Assembly: GCA_964468895.1 (NCBI GenBank)
Contig: CAYXWT010000025.1
Coordinates: 1 to 11,122, forward strand
Direction: 5' to 3'
DNA: 11,122 bases
From: an uncultured archaeon
GTDB lineage: Archaea > Iainarchaeota > Iainarchaeia > Iainarchaeales > CSSED10-239
Shown here: one piece after another, positions 1-7,107 of the stretch
Position numbering within the stretch: position 1 is the stretch's first letter
How the letters are laid out: every line of letters begins with the position of its first letter
Made by a program: the position numbers and the translations under genes
Notes under the pieces: model-generated
Database searches by the model: none
What the model saw: only the letters and a program-made list of their open reading frames with translations
Told to the model about the DNA's origin: nothing

Positions 1-241
1 ATGGAATCCTGCTAACTTAGTAATTTTAGATACTCAATTTAGTGCAAATCCTAAAGTTATTGTTGGTGGATATTTAGTAAATACTTTAGCTGAAGGTATT
101 GGTTTAGAAGATGTTATAACAACTTCTGCTGACTACGTTGTTGGTAAAAATGCTACTGGTAATATAGTTGTTGCTGGTATGGATGCTGCTGACACTGAAA
201 CTGCTGCTAGAGAATTAATTACTGCTATTGAAGCAATGTAA
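1..241 (+). CDS. 3' end of a larger gene (5'-partial, frame 2). The C-terminus resembles the C-terminal region of Methanococcales-type S-layer proteins.
   Basis: The frame is open from the window edge to TAA 239-241: ...PKVIVGGYLVNTLAEGIGLEDVITTSADYVVGKNATGNIVVAGMDAADTETAARELITAIEAM*. Codons are GCT/GGT/ACT/GTT-biased and G+C is visibly higher than in the rest of the window, as expected for a highly expressed core gene. The product call rests on a remembered pattern (V.GG...IVVAG..A.DT..AA.ELI) and could not be searched. Confidence 0.5.
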   Translation, partial: WNPANLVILDTQFSANPKVIVGGYLVNTLAEGIGLEDVITTSADYVVGKNATGNIVVAGMDAADTETAARELITAIEAM

Positions 242-264
242 TTGTTTACTAACTAGTCTTAAAA

Positions 265-303
265 AAAGGAAATTTTATTTCCTTTCTTTTCTATTTTTTT
301 TTT
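265..303 (+). terminator. Hairpin plus oligo-T terminator after the first gene
   Basis: AAAGGAAAT (265-273), TTT loop, ATTTCCTTT (277-285), then T-rich sequence ending in a T10 run (294-303). It starts 24 nt after the stop codon. Confidence 0.45.
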
Positions 304-411
304 ATTTTGTCTATTTCTAATATTTAAAATTTATATTGTTAAAAATTCTTTTTATTTAAATAAATTCAAATTATATTAAAATTTAATTTATTTCAATTTA
401 ATAAATAGTTG

Positions 412-443
412 TTTTGCTATGGTTAATTATCCTTTAGCAAATA
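412..443 (+). repeat. Junction element copy J1 (most divergent)
   Basis: TTTTGCTATGGTTAATTATCCTTTAGCAAA matches the consensus TTTTGCTAYGGYCANYYAYCCTTTAGAAA. In this copy the ends TTTGCTA/TAGCAAA are perfectly complementary. Confidence 0.6.
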
Positions 444-845
444 ATATTGTTTTTGATATATATATTTTATATATGGATAAAAACAAATCTTTTATATTCT
501 TAAAAATAAAAATCTATTTAACTATAAAGTAAAACCAAGATGTTAAAAAATATAGTTTTTAATATAATAAAGTTATATTAAATATGTTATAATTGACTAA
601 TAAAATAAGCTTTTAGCACAATAATAAAAATTTGTAAGATTTACTTCAAAATAAATTATTATAGAAAGAATAGTTTGACTAATAAAGATGATCTTACAAA
701 AAACATCCAATTTTAAAATATAGATGTCTTAACTCACAAAATGATACTACCAAAAGATTTAAATATAACTTAGTTTATAATTATATTATTATGAGCCCTA
801 GAAATCCTAAGGGGTTTCTAGATGAATTTTATTTTTTTGATTTTT

Positions 846-1395
846 ATGAAAAATGTAATATTTTTTTATAGATAATGGATATTTAAAACTAATTATTAAA
901 GAATTTAAATATATTAAAATTGATATAAATAAATTATCTTTTGCTCTTTGTAAAAAATTAGATTTATGGTGTGATTCTATTTATCTTTATGATGCACCAC
1001 CATATCAAGATCCTAATTCTAAAAGTGATAGAAAAAGAAAAAGAAATTATGATAAGTTTATATCTAAACTTAAAGATAATAAAATTATTGTTAGAGAAGG
1101 TAGATGTCAAAAAATAAAAAATGAATTTCATCAAAAAGGTGTAGATACTTTATTAACTATGGATTTATTATCAGTCCCTGAAGATAAAAATATAAATAAT
1201 ATTGTTTTAGTTGCTTGTGATACTGATTTTGTTCCTGTTTTGAATAAAGTTAGGCAGAAGGGTCGTAAGGTTTATTTATTTCATTATAATGATTATAAAA
1301 GAAAATCTAAATTTTCTATGTCTAATTATTTAGAAACTGCTTGTGATAAAACTATTTTAATTAAAAGAGAAGATTTAGAAAATTCTAGATTATAA
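846..1395 (+). pseudogene. NYN/LabA-like (DUF88, PIN-like RNase) gene with a frameshift in a T7 run
   Basis: ATG 846 gives MKNVIFF and then hits a stop. Removing one T from T7 (861-867) joins it to frame 1 (868-1395): IDNGYLKLIIKEF...GRCQKIKNEFHQKGVDTLLTMDLLSVPEDKNINNIVLVACDTDFVPVLNKVRQKGRKVYLF. The FIDxxY N-terminus, KGVD and the D.DF.P...R..G..V motifs are typical of NYN domains. The ORF track shows only the last 78 aa. Confidence 0.75.
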
Positions 1396-1436
1396 AAACT
1401 TGTTTTTATAAGTCAGGTTAGATTTGGATTTGAAAA

Positions 1437-1570
1437 ATATTTCTAATATAGATACAAAAGTATTTGATCAAACAGTTAAAAGAAAGATTTTTAGATTTTT
1501 TAAAGAATTTTGGTTTCAATTAACAAAAAGAACTAAATTCTTTAAGATCACAATTTGTGACCTTAAAAAA
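1437..1570 (+). pseudogene. ORF6N-domain gene fragment (no start, no C-terminal part)
   Basis: It translates to NIDTKVFDQTVKRKIFRFFKEFWFQLTKRTKFFKITICDL. This is homologous to the VDTRILNQVVKRNISRFPKRFLFQLT... region of the other copies, and it retains the intragenic palindrome. Confidence 0.6.
1546..1562. repeat. Intragenic palindrome (ORF6N fragment)
   Basis: GATCACAA-T-TTGTGACC. The core TCACAA/TTGTGA is perfect and there is one outer mismatch. Confidence 0.8.
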
Positions 1571-1639
1571 AGGAAAAATATTTTATTGTAAAAAAATGAA
1601 TTGCTTTTTTATATTAGATATAGATGTAAATGATATTTT

Positions 1640-2102
1640 TGATAAATATGTTGTGTTTCAACAGGAAGATTAAATGAACAGGTTAAAAGAAATAAATCTA
1701 GATTCCCTAAAGATTTTGTTTTTCAATTAACCAAATCAGAAAAAGAGGTTATCGCAAATTGCGATAACCTTAACGATATTAAATATTCTCCAAAATCGTC
1801 TTTTGTATTTACTGAACAAGATGTAGCTATGCTTTCTGGGATACTAAATAGTAAAAAAGCAATAGAAGTGAATGTTCAAATTATGAGTGCTTTTGTAGCA
1901 ATGAGAAGATTTATATCTTCAAATACTTCTATTTCTAATAGATTAGAACATATTGAAAAAAAACTATAGATTATGACTCTAATTTTAAAAAAACATATCA
2001 TATAGGTGCTTCTCTTAAAGATCTTGGTAAAAAATGGTTTGCCTTTTCTAAACTTAACTTAACTTAGATATTAATAATATTTTAGATAAGTTAGATAAAT
2101 AA
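1640..2102 (+). pseudogene. ORF6N-family gene that is 5'-truncated and internally deleted
   Basis: Frame from 1670: LNEQVKRNKSRFPKDFVFQLTKSEKEVIANCDNLNDIKYSPKSSFVFTEQDVAMLSGILNSKKAIEVNVQIMSAFVAMRRFISSNTSISNRLEHIEKKL*. After the YDSNF region it jumps straight to ...YHIGASLKDLGKKWFAFSKLNL...DKLDK and TAA 2100-2102. About 324 nt are missing relative to 2167..3054. Confidence 0.75.
1746..1770. repeat. Intragenic palindrome (25 nt, perfect)
   Basis: AGGTTATCGCAA-A-TTGCGATAACCT, with 12-bp arms. It encodes VIANCDN. Confidence 0.9.
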
Positions 2103-2105
2103 TTT

Positions 2106-2134
2106 TTTTGCTACGGTCAATCACCCTTTAGAAA
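2106..2134 (+). repeat. Junction element copy J2
   Basis: TTTTGCTACGGTCAATCACCCTTTAGAAA. The T-run abuts stop codon 2100-2102. TTTAG at 2127 is 40 nt upstream of ATG 2167. Confidence 0.85.
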
Positions 2135-2166
2135 ATAACTCTTCTTTTTGAAGTCATATTATATTT

Positions 2167-3054
2167 ATGAGTAAAGATAAATTAAAAGTTGTTTCTTTAG
2201 ATAATGTTATTATCAGAAAAAAGATTTATACAATAAGAAATAAACAGGTTATGTTAGACCGAGATTTGGCTAGATTGTATGGTGTATCTACTAAAAGGTT
2301 AAATGAGCAAGTTAAAAGAAATATAGGTAGATTTCCTAAAGATTTTATGTTTCATATATATAAAAAAGAAAAAGATGAACTGGTCGCAATTTGCGACCAC
2401 CTCACATCTATTAAATTTGCATCTAGTTTGCCTTATGTTTTTACTGAACAAGGGGTAGCCATGCTTTCAGGCATATTAAATAGTAAGAAAGCAATAGATA
2501 TAAATATTCAAATTATGAGAGCTTTTGTATCTATGAAAAGATTTATTTCTTCAAATATTTCTATTTCTAATAGGTTAGAGTGTGTTGAACAAAAGCAAAT
2601 TAAATATGATTCTAATTTCAAAGAAATATTTGCAATTATTGATAGTAAAGAAAATAAATTAAAAGATCAAGGTATATTTTTTAATGGAGAAATATTTGAT
2701 TCTTATAAGTTTGTTGTTGATTTACTAAAAACTGCTAAAACCAGTATTATTTTAATAGATAATTATATTGATGAGTCTATTTTAACTTTATTTACAAAAA
2801 TAAATAAAAATATAAAAATTAAAATCTATACAAATATAAATAATAAAGTTAAATTAGATGTTAACAAATATAACTTTCAATATAATAATCTTGATGTTAT
2901 TGACTTTAAAGAGTCTCATGATAGATTTCTTATTATTGATAATAAAGAAACATATCATATAGGAGCTTCTCTTAAAGATCTAGGTAAAAAGTGGTTTGCT
3001 TTTTCTAAACTTAACCTAGATATTAATAATATTTTAGATAAGTTAGATAAATAA
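2167..3054 (+). CDS. ORF6N (KilA-N-like) domain protein with a C-terminal PLD-like (H-x-R) domain. This is the only full-length copy in the window.
   Basis: 295-aa ORF. The N-terminal part reads IYTIRNKQVMLDRDLARLYGVSTKRLNEQVKRNIGRFPKDFMF...PYVFTEQGVAMLSGILNSKKAIDINIQIMRAFV, which are classic ORF6N motifs. The C-terminal part reads SIILIDNYIDESILTL...SHDRFLIIDNKETYHIGASLKDLGKKWFAF. Confidence 0.8.
   Translation: MSKDKLKVVSLDNVIIRKKIYTIRNKQVMLDRDLARLYGVSTKRLNEQVKRNIGRFPKDFMFHIYKKEKDELVAICDHLTSIKFASSLPYVFTEQGVAMLSGILNSKKAIDINIQIMRAFVSMKRFISSNISISNRLECVEQKQIKYDSNFKEIFAIIDSKENKLKDQGIFFNGEIFDSYKFVVDLLKTAKTSIILIDNYIDESILTLFTKINKNIKIKIYTNINNKVKLDVNKYNFQYNNLDVIDFKESHDRFLIIDNKETYHIGASLKDLGKKWFAFSKLNLDINNILDKLDK
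2381..2399. repeat. Intragenic palindrome
   Basis: TGGTCGCAA-T-TTGCGACCA, with 9-bp perfect arms. It encodes VAICDH. Confidence 0.9.
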
Positions 3055-3057
3055 TTG

Positions 3058-3086
3058 TTTTGCTACGGTCAATCACCCTTTAGAAA
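3058..3086 (+). repeat. Junction element copy J3
   Basis: TTTTGCTACGGTCAATCACCCTTTAGAAA. It starts 3 nt after stop 3052-3054. TTTAG at 3079 is 40 nt upstream of ATG 3119. Confidence 0.85.
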
Positions 3087-3118
3087 ATAACTCTTCTTTT
3101 TGAAGTCATATTATATTT

Positions 3119-3480
3119 ATGAGTAAAGATAAATTAAAAGTAGTTTCTTTAGATAATGTTATTATCGGAAAAAAGATTTATACAATAAGAAATAAACAAG
3201 TTATGTTAGATAGAGATCTAGCATTTCTTTATAAAATTGAAAATAGAATTTTAAAACAAACAGTTAGAAGAAATCTAAAAAGGTTCCCTAAAGATTTTAT
3301 GTTTGAGTTAACTAATATAGAGATGGACTTTATGGTATCACAAAATGTGATACCTTCAAAAAAATATTTTGGCGGATCTAAACCATATGTTTTTACTAAA
3401 TAAGGCGTAGCTATGATTTTAGGTATCTTAAATTATAAAATTATTGTAAAGATAAATCTTCAAATTATGAGCTTTAGGAT
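3119..3480 (+). pseudogene. ORF6N-family gene with a premature stop and no C-terminal domain
   Basis: The first 30 codons are nearly identical to 2167..3054. The ORF stops at FTK* (3401-3403), where paralogs have FTEQGV. Homology continues out of ORF (GVAMILGILNYKIIVKINLQIMSF) to about 3480 and is then lost. Confidence 0.65.
3334..3354. repeat. Intragenic palindrome
   Basis: GGTATCACA-AAA-TGTGATACC, with 9-bp perfect arms. It encodes VSQNVIP. Confidence 0.9.
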
Positions 3481-3603
3481 AAAACTATTCTATAACTATA
3501 GTGTTGACCTTTTTTTCAAATATGTGTTTTTACCTAATAATATAATGTTTTTATTGTATTAATAATGTGTCTATAATATAAATAAATTTTCTAATAACAC
3601 TTG

Positions 3604-3632
3604 TTTTGCTACGGCCAATTACTCTTTAGAAA
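3604..3632 (+). repeat. Junction element copy J4
   Basis: TTTTGCTACGGCCAATTACTCTTTAGAAA. TTTAG at 3625 is 40 nt upstream of ATG 3665, although the spacer sequence differs from J2/J3. Confidence 0.85.
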
Positions 3633-3664
3633 TTAATATCATTAATTGTTTATATATATTATAT

Positions 3665-4415
3665 ATGGTTTCTAATAATTTCTCTGAATTACCTGTACAA
3701 ATAAATAATATAAAAAATAAAATATATATATTAAGAAATCAAGAAATAATAGTGGATAGAGATTTGGCCAAGTTTTATTGTGTAGATACAAGAATATTAA
3801 ATCAAGTTGTAAAACGTAATATTTCTAGATTTCCAAAAAGATTCCTGTTTCAATTGACTACTATAGAATTTAATATTTGGAAATCACAAATTGTGATGTC
3901 CAATAAAGAAAAAATGGGTCTTAGAAAAAATCCTTTTGCTTTTACTGAACAAGGTGTATCTATGCTTTCAGGTCTTTTAAATAGTAAAACTGCTATTGTG
4001 GTAAGTATCCAAATAATAGATGCTTTTGTATCTATGAGAAGATTTATATCTTCAAATACTTCTATTTCTAATAGATTAGAACATATAGAATAAAAAACTA
4101 CTGAATATGATTCTAATAGACAATTACATTGATGAGTCTATTTTAACTTTATTTACAAAGATAAATAAAAATATCAAAGTTAAAATTTATACAAATATAA
4201 ATAATAAAGTTAAATTAGATGTTAACAAATATAACTTTCAATATAATAATCTTGGTGTTGTTGATTTTAAGGTGTCTTATGATAGATTTCTTATTATTGA
4301 TAGTAAAGAAATATATCATATAGGAGCTTCTCTTAAAGATCTAGGTAAAAAGTGGTTTGCCTTTTCTAAACTTAACCTAGATATTGATAATATTTTAGAT
4401 AAGTTAGATAAATAA
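3665..4415 (+). pseudogene. ORF6N + PLD-like gene disrupted by a nonsense codon and a 140-nt deletion (track ORFs 3665..4093 and 4107..4415)
   Basis: TAA 4091-4093 sits where the intact copy has CAA. ...tatgattctaat|agacaattacattgatgag joins sequence equivalent to 2616 and 2757 of the intact copy. That is a 140-nt deletion (not a multiple of 3) between TAAT microhomologies. The downstream part is about 90% identical to the C-terminal domain of 2167..3054. Confidence 0.8.
3879..3901. repeat. Intragenic palindrome
   Basis: GGAAATCACAA-A-TTGTGATGTCC, with 11-bp arms and one mismatch. It encodes KSQIVMS. Confidence 0.85.
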
Positions 4416-4418
4416 TGG

Positions 4419-4447
4419 TTTTGCTACGGCCAGTTACTCCTTAGAAA
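4419..4447 (+). repeat. Junction element copy J5
   Basis: TTTTGCTACGGCCAGTTACTCCTTAGAAA. It starts 3 nt after stop 4413-4415 and lies about 80 nt upstream of the Bro-N gene. Confidence 0.8.
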
Positions 4448-4527
4448 CTAATATATTGTTTTGAATACATATGTATCTATGTTTAATAAGTATTTTTATT
4501 TTTTCTTAAATAATAAGAGGTGTTATT

Positions 4528-5373
4528 ATGTTATTAAAAGAAAAATCATTAGTTGTATTTCAAAATTCAAAAATTAAAAGAGCTTGGTTTAAAGATGAGT
4601 GGTATTATTCTTTGGTGGATGTTATTATGGTTTTAACAGAAAGTGTTAATCCTACTGATTATTTAAAAAAACTTAGAAAAAGAGATATTGAACTTAATAA
4701 TTACATAGGGATAAATTGTCCCTATGTGAAAATGTTAACTAAAACATATAAGGAGAGAACTTTTATTGCTGGAAATAATACAAACATTTTTCGTCTTATT
4801 CAATCAGTTTCAAGTAAAAAAGCTGAACCTTTTAAATTATGGTTAGCAAAAGTTGGAAAAGAAAGAATAGATGAAATAGAAAATCCAGAACTTGCTCAGA
4901 AAAGAATGAAAGAACTTTATAAAATGAAAGGATATTCTGAATCTTGGATTGAAAAAAGAGTTAGAGGTATTGTTATTAGAGATGAATTAACTGATGAGTG
5001 GAAAAAAAGAGATGTTCATACCAATAAAGAATTTTCTATACTAACTGCAGAAATTAGTAAAGAAACTTTTGGTATGATTCCAAGTGAGTTTAAAAATTTT
5101 AAAAGTTTAAAAAATGAAAACTTAAGAGATCATATGGATGATTTAGAACTAATATTTTCTATGCTTGGAGAAAAAGTTACAAATGAAATTACTGTTGCTA
5201 AAAATTCAAAAGGTTTTGATGAATGTGAAGTTTCTGTAAAGCAAGGAGGTCAGGTTGCAGGTAATGCTAGAAAAGATGCAGAAGACAAAATTGGAAGACC
5301 TATTATTACTAAGAATAATTTTAGAAAAATTTCTGAAAAAGATAAAACAATTTTATTAAAATCTAAAAAATAA
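4528..5373 (+). CDS. Bro-N domain protein of the DinD-like / phage-antirepressor-like family (copy A)
   Basis: 281-aa ORF with the RBS AAGAGGTG 5 nt before the ATG. The N-terminus reads VFQNSKIKRAWFKDEWYYSLVDVIMVLT (Bro-N). The C-terminal part carries SKKAEPFKLWLAKVGKERIDEIENPELAQKRMKELYKMKGYSESWIEKRVRGIVIRDELTDEW, a conserved family signature. Confidence 0.8.
   Translation: MLLKEKSLVVFQNSKIKRAWFKDEWYYSLVDVIMVLTESVNPTDYLKKLRKRDIELNNYIGINCPYVKMLTKTYKERTFIAGNNTNIFRLIQSVSSKKAEPFKLWLAKVGKERIDEIENPELAQKRMKELYKMKGYSESWIEKRVRGIVIRDELTDEWKKRDVHTNKEFSILTAEISKETFGMIPSEFKNFKSLKNENLRDHMDDLELIFSMLGEKVTNEITVAKNSKGFDECEVSVKQGGQVAGNARKDAEDKIGRPIITKNNFRKISEKDKTILLKSKK
4703..4727. repeat. Intragenic palindrome (Bro-N copy A)
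   Basis: ACATAGGGA-TAAATTG-TCCCTATGT, with 9-bp perfect arms. It encodes IGINCPYV. Confidence 0.85.
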
Positions 5374-5402
5374 GATTTATAAAAAGTAAATACTATTTAT
5401 AA

Positions 5403-6111
5403 TATTTATCTAAAAAACGGTTTGAGACATAAGTTAGTTAATAAAAAAGATTATATATCTAATCCTAAATCAGATGGTTATAGATGTATTCATTTAGTTT
5501 ATAGATTTGTTAGTGATAAAGGTAAACAAAACTATAATGGTTTACTTGTTGAAATTCAAATTAGATCTAAATTACAACATCTTTGGGCAACTGCAGTTGA
5601 AACAGTTGATTTTTTTACAAATCAAGCTATAAAATCAAATCAAGGTGACAAAGATTGGAAAGACTTTTTTAAATTAGTTAGTTCTGCATTTGCAAAACTA
5701 GAAAAATCTTCTACTATTGTAGAAGATACTCCTAATAATGAAAAAGAATTATGTTTGTGTATTAAAGAAAAAGAAGTTAAGTTAAATGCAATAAAGAATA
5801 TGAAATTATGGACTAAATCTATTAAATCTTTTGATGATTTAAAAAATAAAAAGCAAGATACAGCATTTTTTCTTTTAGAATTAGATGCAGGTTTAAATAG
5901 ATTGAATATATCTGCATATTCTAAAGCTGAAGAAGCTAAAGCTTTAGCTGATTATGCTTATTCTGAACAGAAAATTTATGGTCGTACTGAATGTGATGTT
6001 GTTTTAGTAGGTGTAGATAATTTAGTAGATTTAAAAGAAGCATATCCTAATTATTTTTTAGATACAGCTAAATTTATTAAACGTTTAGAGCGTATACTTA
6101 AAAAATATTAA
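5403..6111 (+). pseudogene. 5'-truncated RelA/SpoT-domain gene copy lacking the promoter and about 124 N-terminal codons
   Basis: 5403-6134 equals 9903-10634 at an offset of exactly 4500 nt, with a single mismatch (5430 T vs 9930 C). There is no ATG, and the track ORF 5422..6111 begins at an internal TTG (Leu in the full copy). The DIAGCRCVV motif region is missing. Confidence 0.85.
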
Positions 6112-6134
6112 TTAAAACTACTAATAATCATCAT
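5403..6134 (+). repeat. Near-identical direct repeat, copy A (732 nt)
   Basis: Line-by-line comparison with 9903-10634 shows 1 mismatch in 732 nt. Confidence 0.95.
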
Positions 6135-6148
6135 TTTTTTCTTTATTT

Positions 6149-6177
6149 TTTTGCTATGGCTACTTACCATTTAGTAA
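6149..6177 (+). repeat. Junction element copy J6
   Basis: TTTTGCTATGGCTACTTACCATTTAGTAA, preceded by oligo-T tracts downstream of the RelA/SpoT stop. TTTAG at 6170 is 39 nt upstream of the remnant ATG 6209. Confidence 0.75.
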
Positions 6178-6208
6178 TTAACACCGTTTTTAGATATCTA
6201 TTTTATAT

Positions 6209-6495
6209 ATGTATTAAAATAATTTAAAGGTTCTACTTTTAGAAACAGATATTATTAAGAAAAAGATTTATACAATAAGATAACAATTCATAATGTTAGA
6301 TAGAAATATTGCAAAATTATATAATGTTTTAACAGGGAGATTAAACAAATAAGTTAAAAGGAATATAAAAAGATTTCCTAAAGACTTTATGTTTTAATTA
6401 ACTGAATGTGAGAAAAAAGAGGTTGTCGCAATTTGCGATAACCCTAATAGTGTTGTAGTTTTACTTAAATTGTTATTTGTATTTGCAGAATAAGA
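6209..6495 (+). pseudogene. Heavily decayed ORF6N gene (several in-frame stops, truncated after the FTEQ region)
   Basis: IIKKKIYTIR*QFIMLDRNIAKLYNVLTGRLNK*VKRNIKRFPKDFMF*LTECEKKEVVAICDNPNSV...FVFAE*. This is clear ORF6N homology interrupted by stops, and the palindrome is retained. Confidence 0.75.
6421..6443. repeat. Intragenic palindrome (in the decayed ORF6N)
   Basis: GGTTGTCGCAA-T-TTGCGATAACC, with 11-bp arms and one G/T apposition. Confidence 0.85.
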
Positions 6496-6521
6496 TTTAA
6501 TATAAATGTAAGCTAATATAA

Positions 6522-6800
6522 TTAATCATATTTTTTAGTATAAATTTTATTTCTATGGTCAAAATATCTAAAAATAACTAAATTTATATTAGGTTTTATT
6601 TCAAAAATTAAAACAAATTTTTCAGTAATATGTACTCTCTTATATTTTTGAAGTGGTCTTCTAAGGTTTTTATAATGTTCGATATATTTAGAATTTTTAA
6701 TTTCTTCAATTTTGTGAATCAATATGGTTGCTAGTGTTTTGTCTTTTTGGGATAACTTTTTAATAATGTTATCTAGTTTAGGATGTATCTCATAATCCAT
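6522..6800 (-). CDS. RelE/ParE-superfamily type II toxin (mRNA interferase-like)
   Basis: 92-aa ORF with LSQKDKTLATILIHKIEEIKNS...YKNLRRPLQKYKRVHITEKFVLIFEIKPNINLVIFRYFDHRNKIY. This follows the typical RelE/StbE layout (K..L.g.l..y.R.+i...+rliy.i......v.i....hR...Y). Its start lies 1 nt after the stop of the upstream small ORF. Confidence 0.8.
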   Translation of the reverse strand: MDYEIHPKLDNIIKKLSQKDKTLATILIHKIEEIKNSKYIEHYKNLRRPLQKYKRVHITEKFVLIFEIKPNINLVIFRYFDHRNKIYTKKYD

Positions 6801-6801
6801 C

Positions 6802-7053
6802 TTACTCTAATTTATATCTTTTTTTAAGATCACCTAATTTATTAAATTTAAATCCAGAACCAATTTTATATTTTTTATCACCATTTTGTATCTTTTTTAT
6901 AAATTTTGGTTTTAATTTAGGTTCTAATTCATTTTTTGCATAATACCTTACAACCACTGATATTGTTTCAGCTTTGTTTTTTAGATTATTCTTTGCTTTT
7001 ATAATATTTAGAGTTTGGTTTATATCTGTAGGTAAATCTAATAACGCTTTCAT
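6802..7053 (-). CDS. Cognate antitoxin, archaeal DUF2683-like / RHH-like
   Basis: MKALLDLPTDINQTLNIIKAKNNLKNKAETISVVVRYYAKNELEPKLKPKFIKKIQ...LGDLKKRY. I prefer ATG 7053 over the track's TTG 7065, because GGTGAT (7058-7063) lies 4 nt upstream of that ATG. The family call is from memory of LN.VKAKYGLKNKSEAI...LEPELKPEF antitoxins. Confidence 0.65.
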   Translation of the reverse strand: MKALLDLPTDINQTLNIIKAKNNLKNKAETISVVVRYYAKNELEPKLKPKFIKKIQNGDKKYKIGSGFKFNKLGDLKKRYKLE

Positions 7054-7093
7054 AATAATCACCAAGCATCCCCAAAAAAAAGTTTTTAGGTGT

Positions 7094-7107
7094 TATTTAA
7101 ATATAAA
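7094..7107 (-). promoter_or_regulatory. Candidate archaeal TATA box for the toxin-antitoxin operon
   Basis: The minus strand reads AAAAG-TTTATATTTAAATA about 54 nt upstream of ATG 7053, followed by a leader containing GGTGAT. An AACCTA-N9-TAGGTT inverted repeat (7131-7151) lies just upstream. Confidence 0.3.

Noticed and set aside
593-686. 12-nt direct repeat TTGACTAATAAA (593-604 and 675-686)
   Set aside because: In DNA this AT-rich, a 12-mer recurrence within 600 nt is not clearly beyond chance, and nothing is bounded by it.
791-874. Small ORF MSPRNPKGFLDEFYFFDFYEKCNIFL upstream of, and overlapping, the NYN start
   Set aside because: It is 27 codons long with no RBS and no recognisable motif. 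More likely it is non-coding leader sequence containing the 798-821 hairpin.
2121-2134. Similarity between the junction core (GGTCAATCACC) and the outer arms of the ORF6N palindrome (GGTC...GACCACC)
   Set aside because: It is seen only for J2/J3. The other junction copies do not co-vary with the palindrome of their downstream gene, so this is probably coincidence.
4107-4415. 102-aa ORF as an independent gene
   Set aside because: It is the C-terminal (PLD-like) part of the disrupted ORF6N gene 3665..4415. Its ATG is an internal Met position created next to the 140-nt deletion.
5422-6111. Track ORF presented as a 229-aa protein starting with M
   Set aside because: The 'M' is a TTG that encodes an internal Leu (GLRHKL) in the full-length gene at 9922. 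There is no RBS or promoter, so I treat it as a truncated pseudogene copy.
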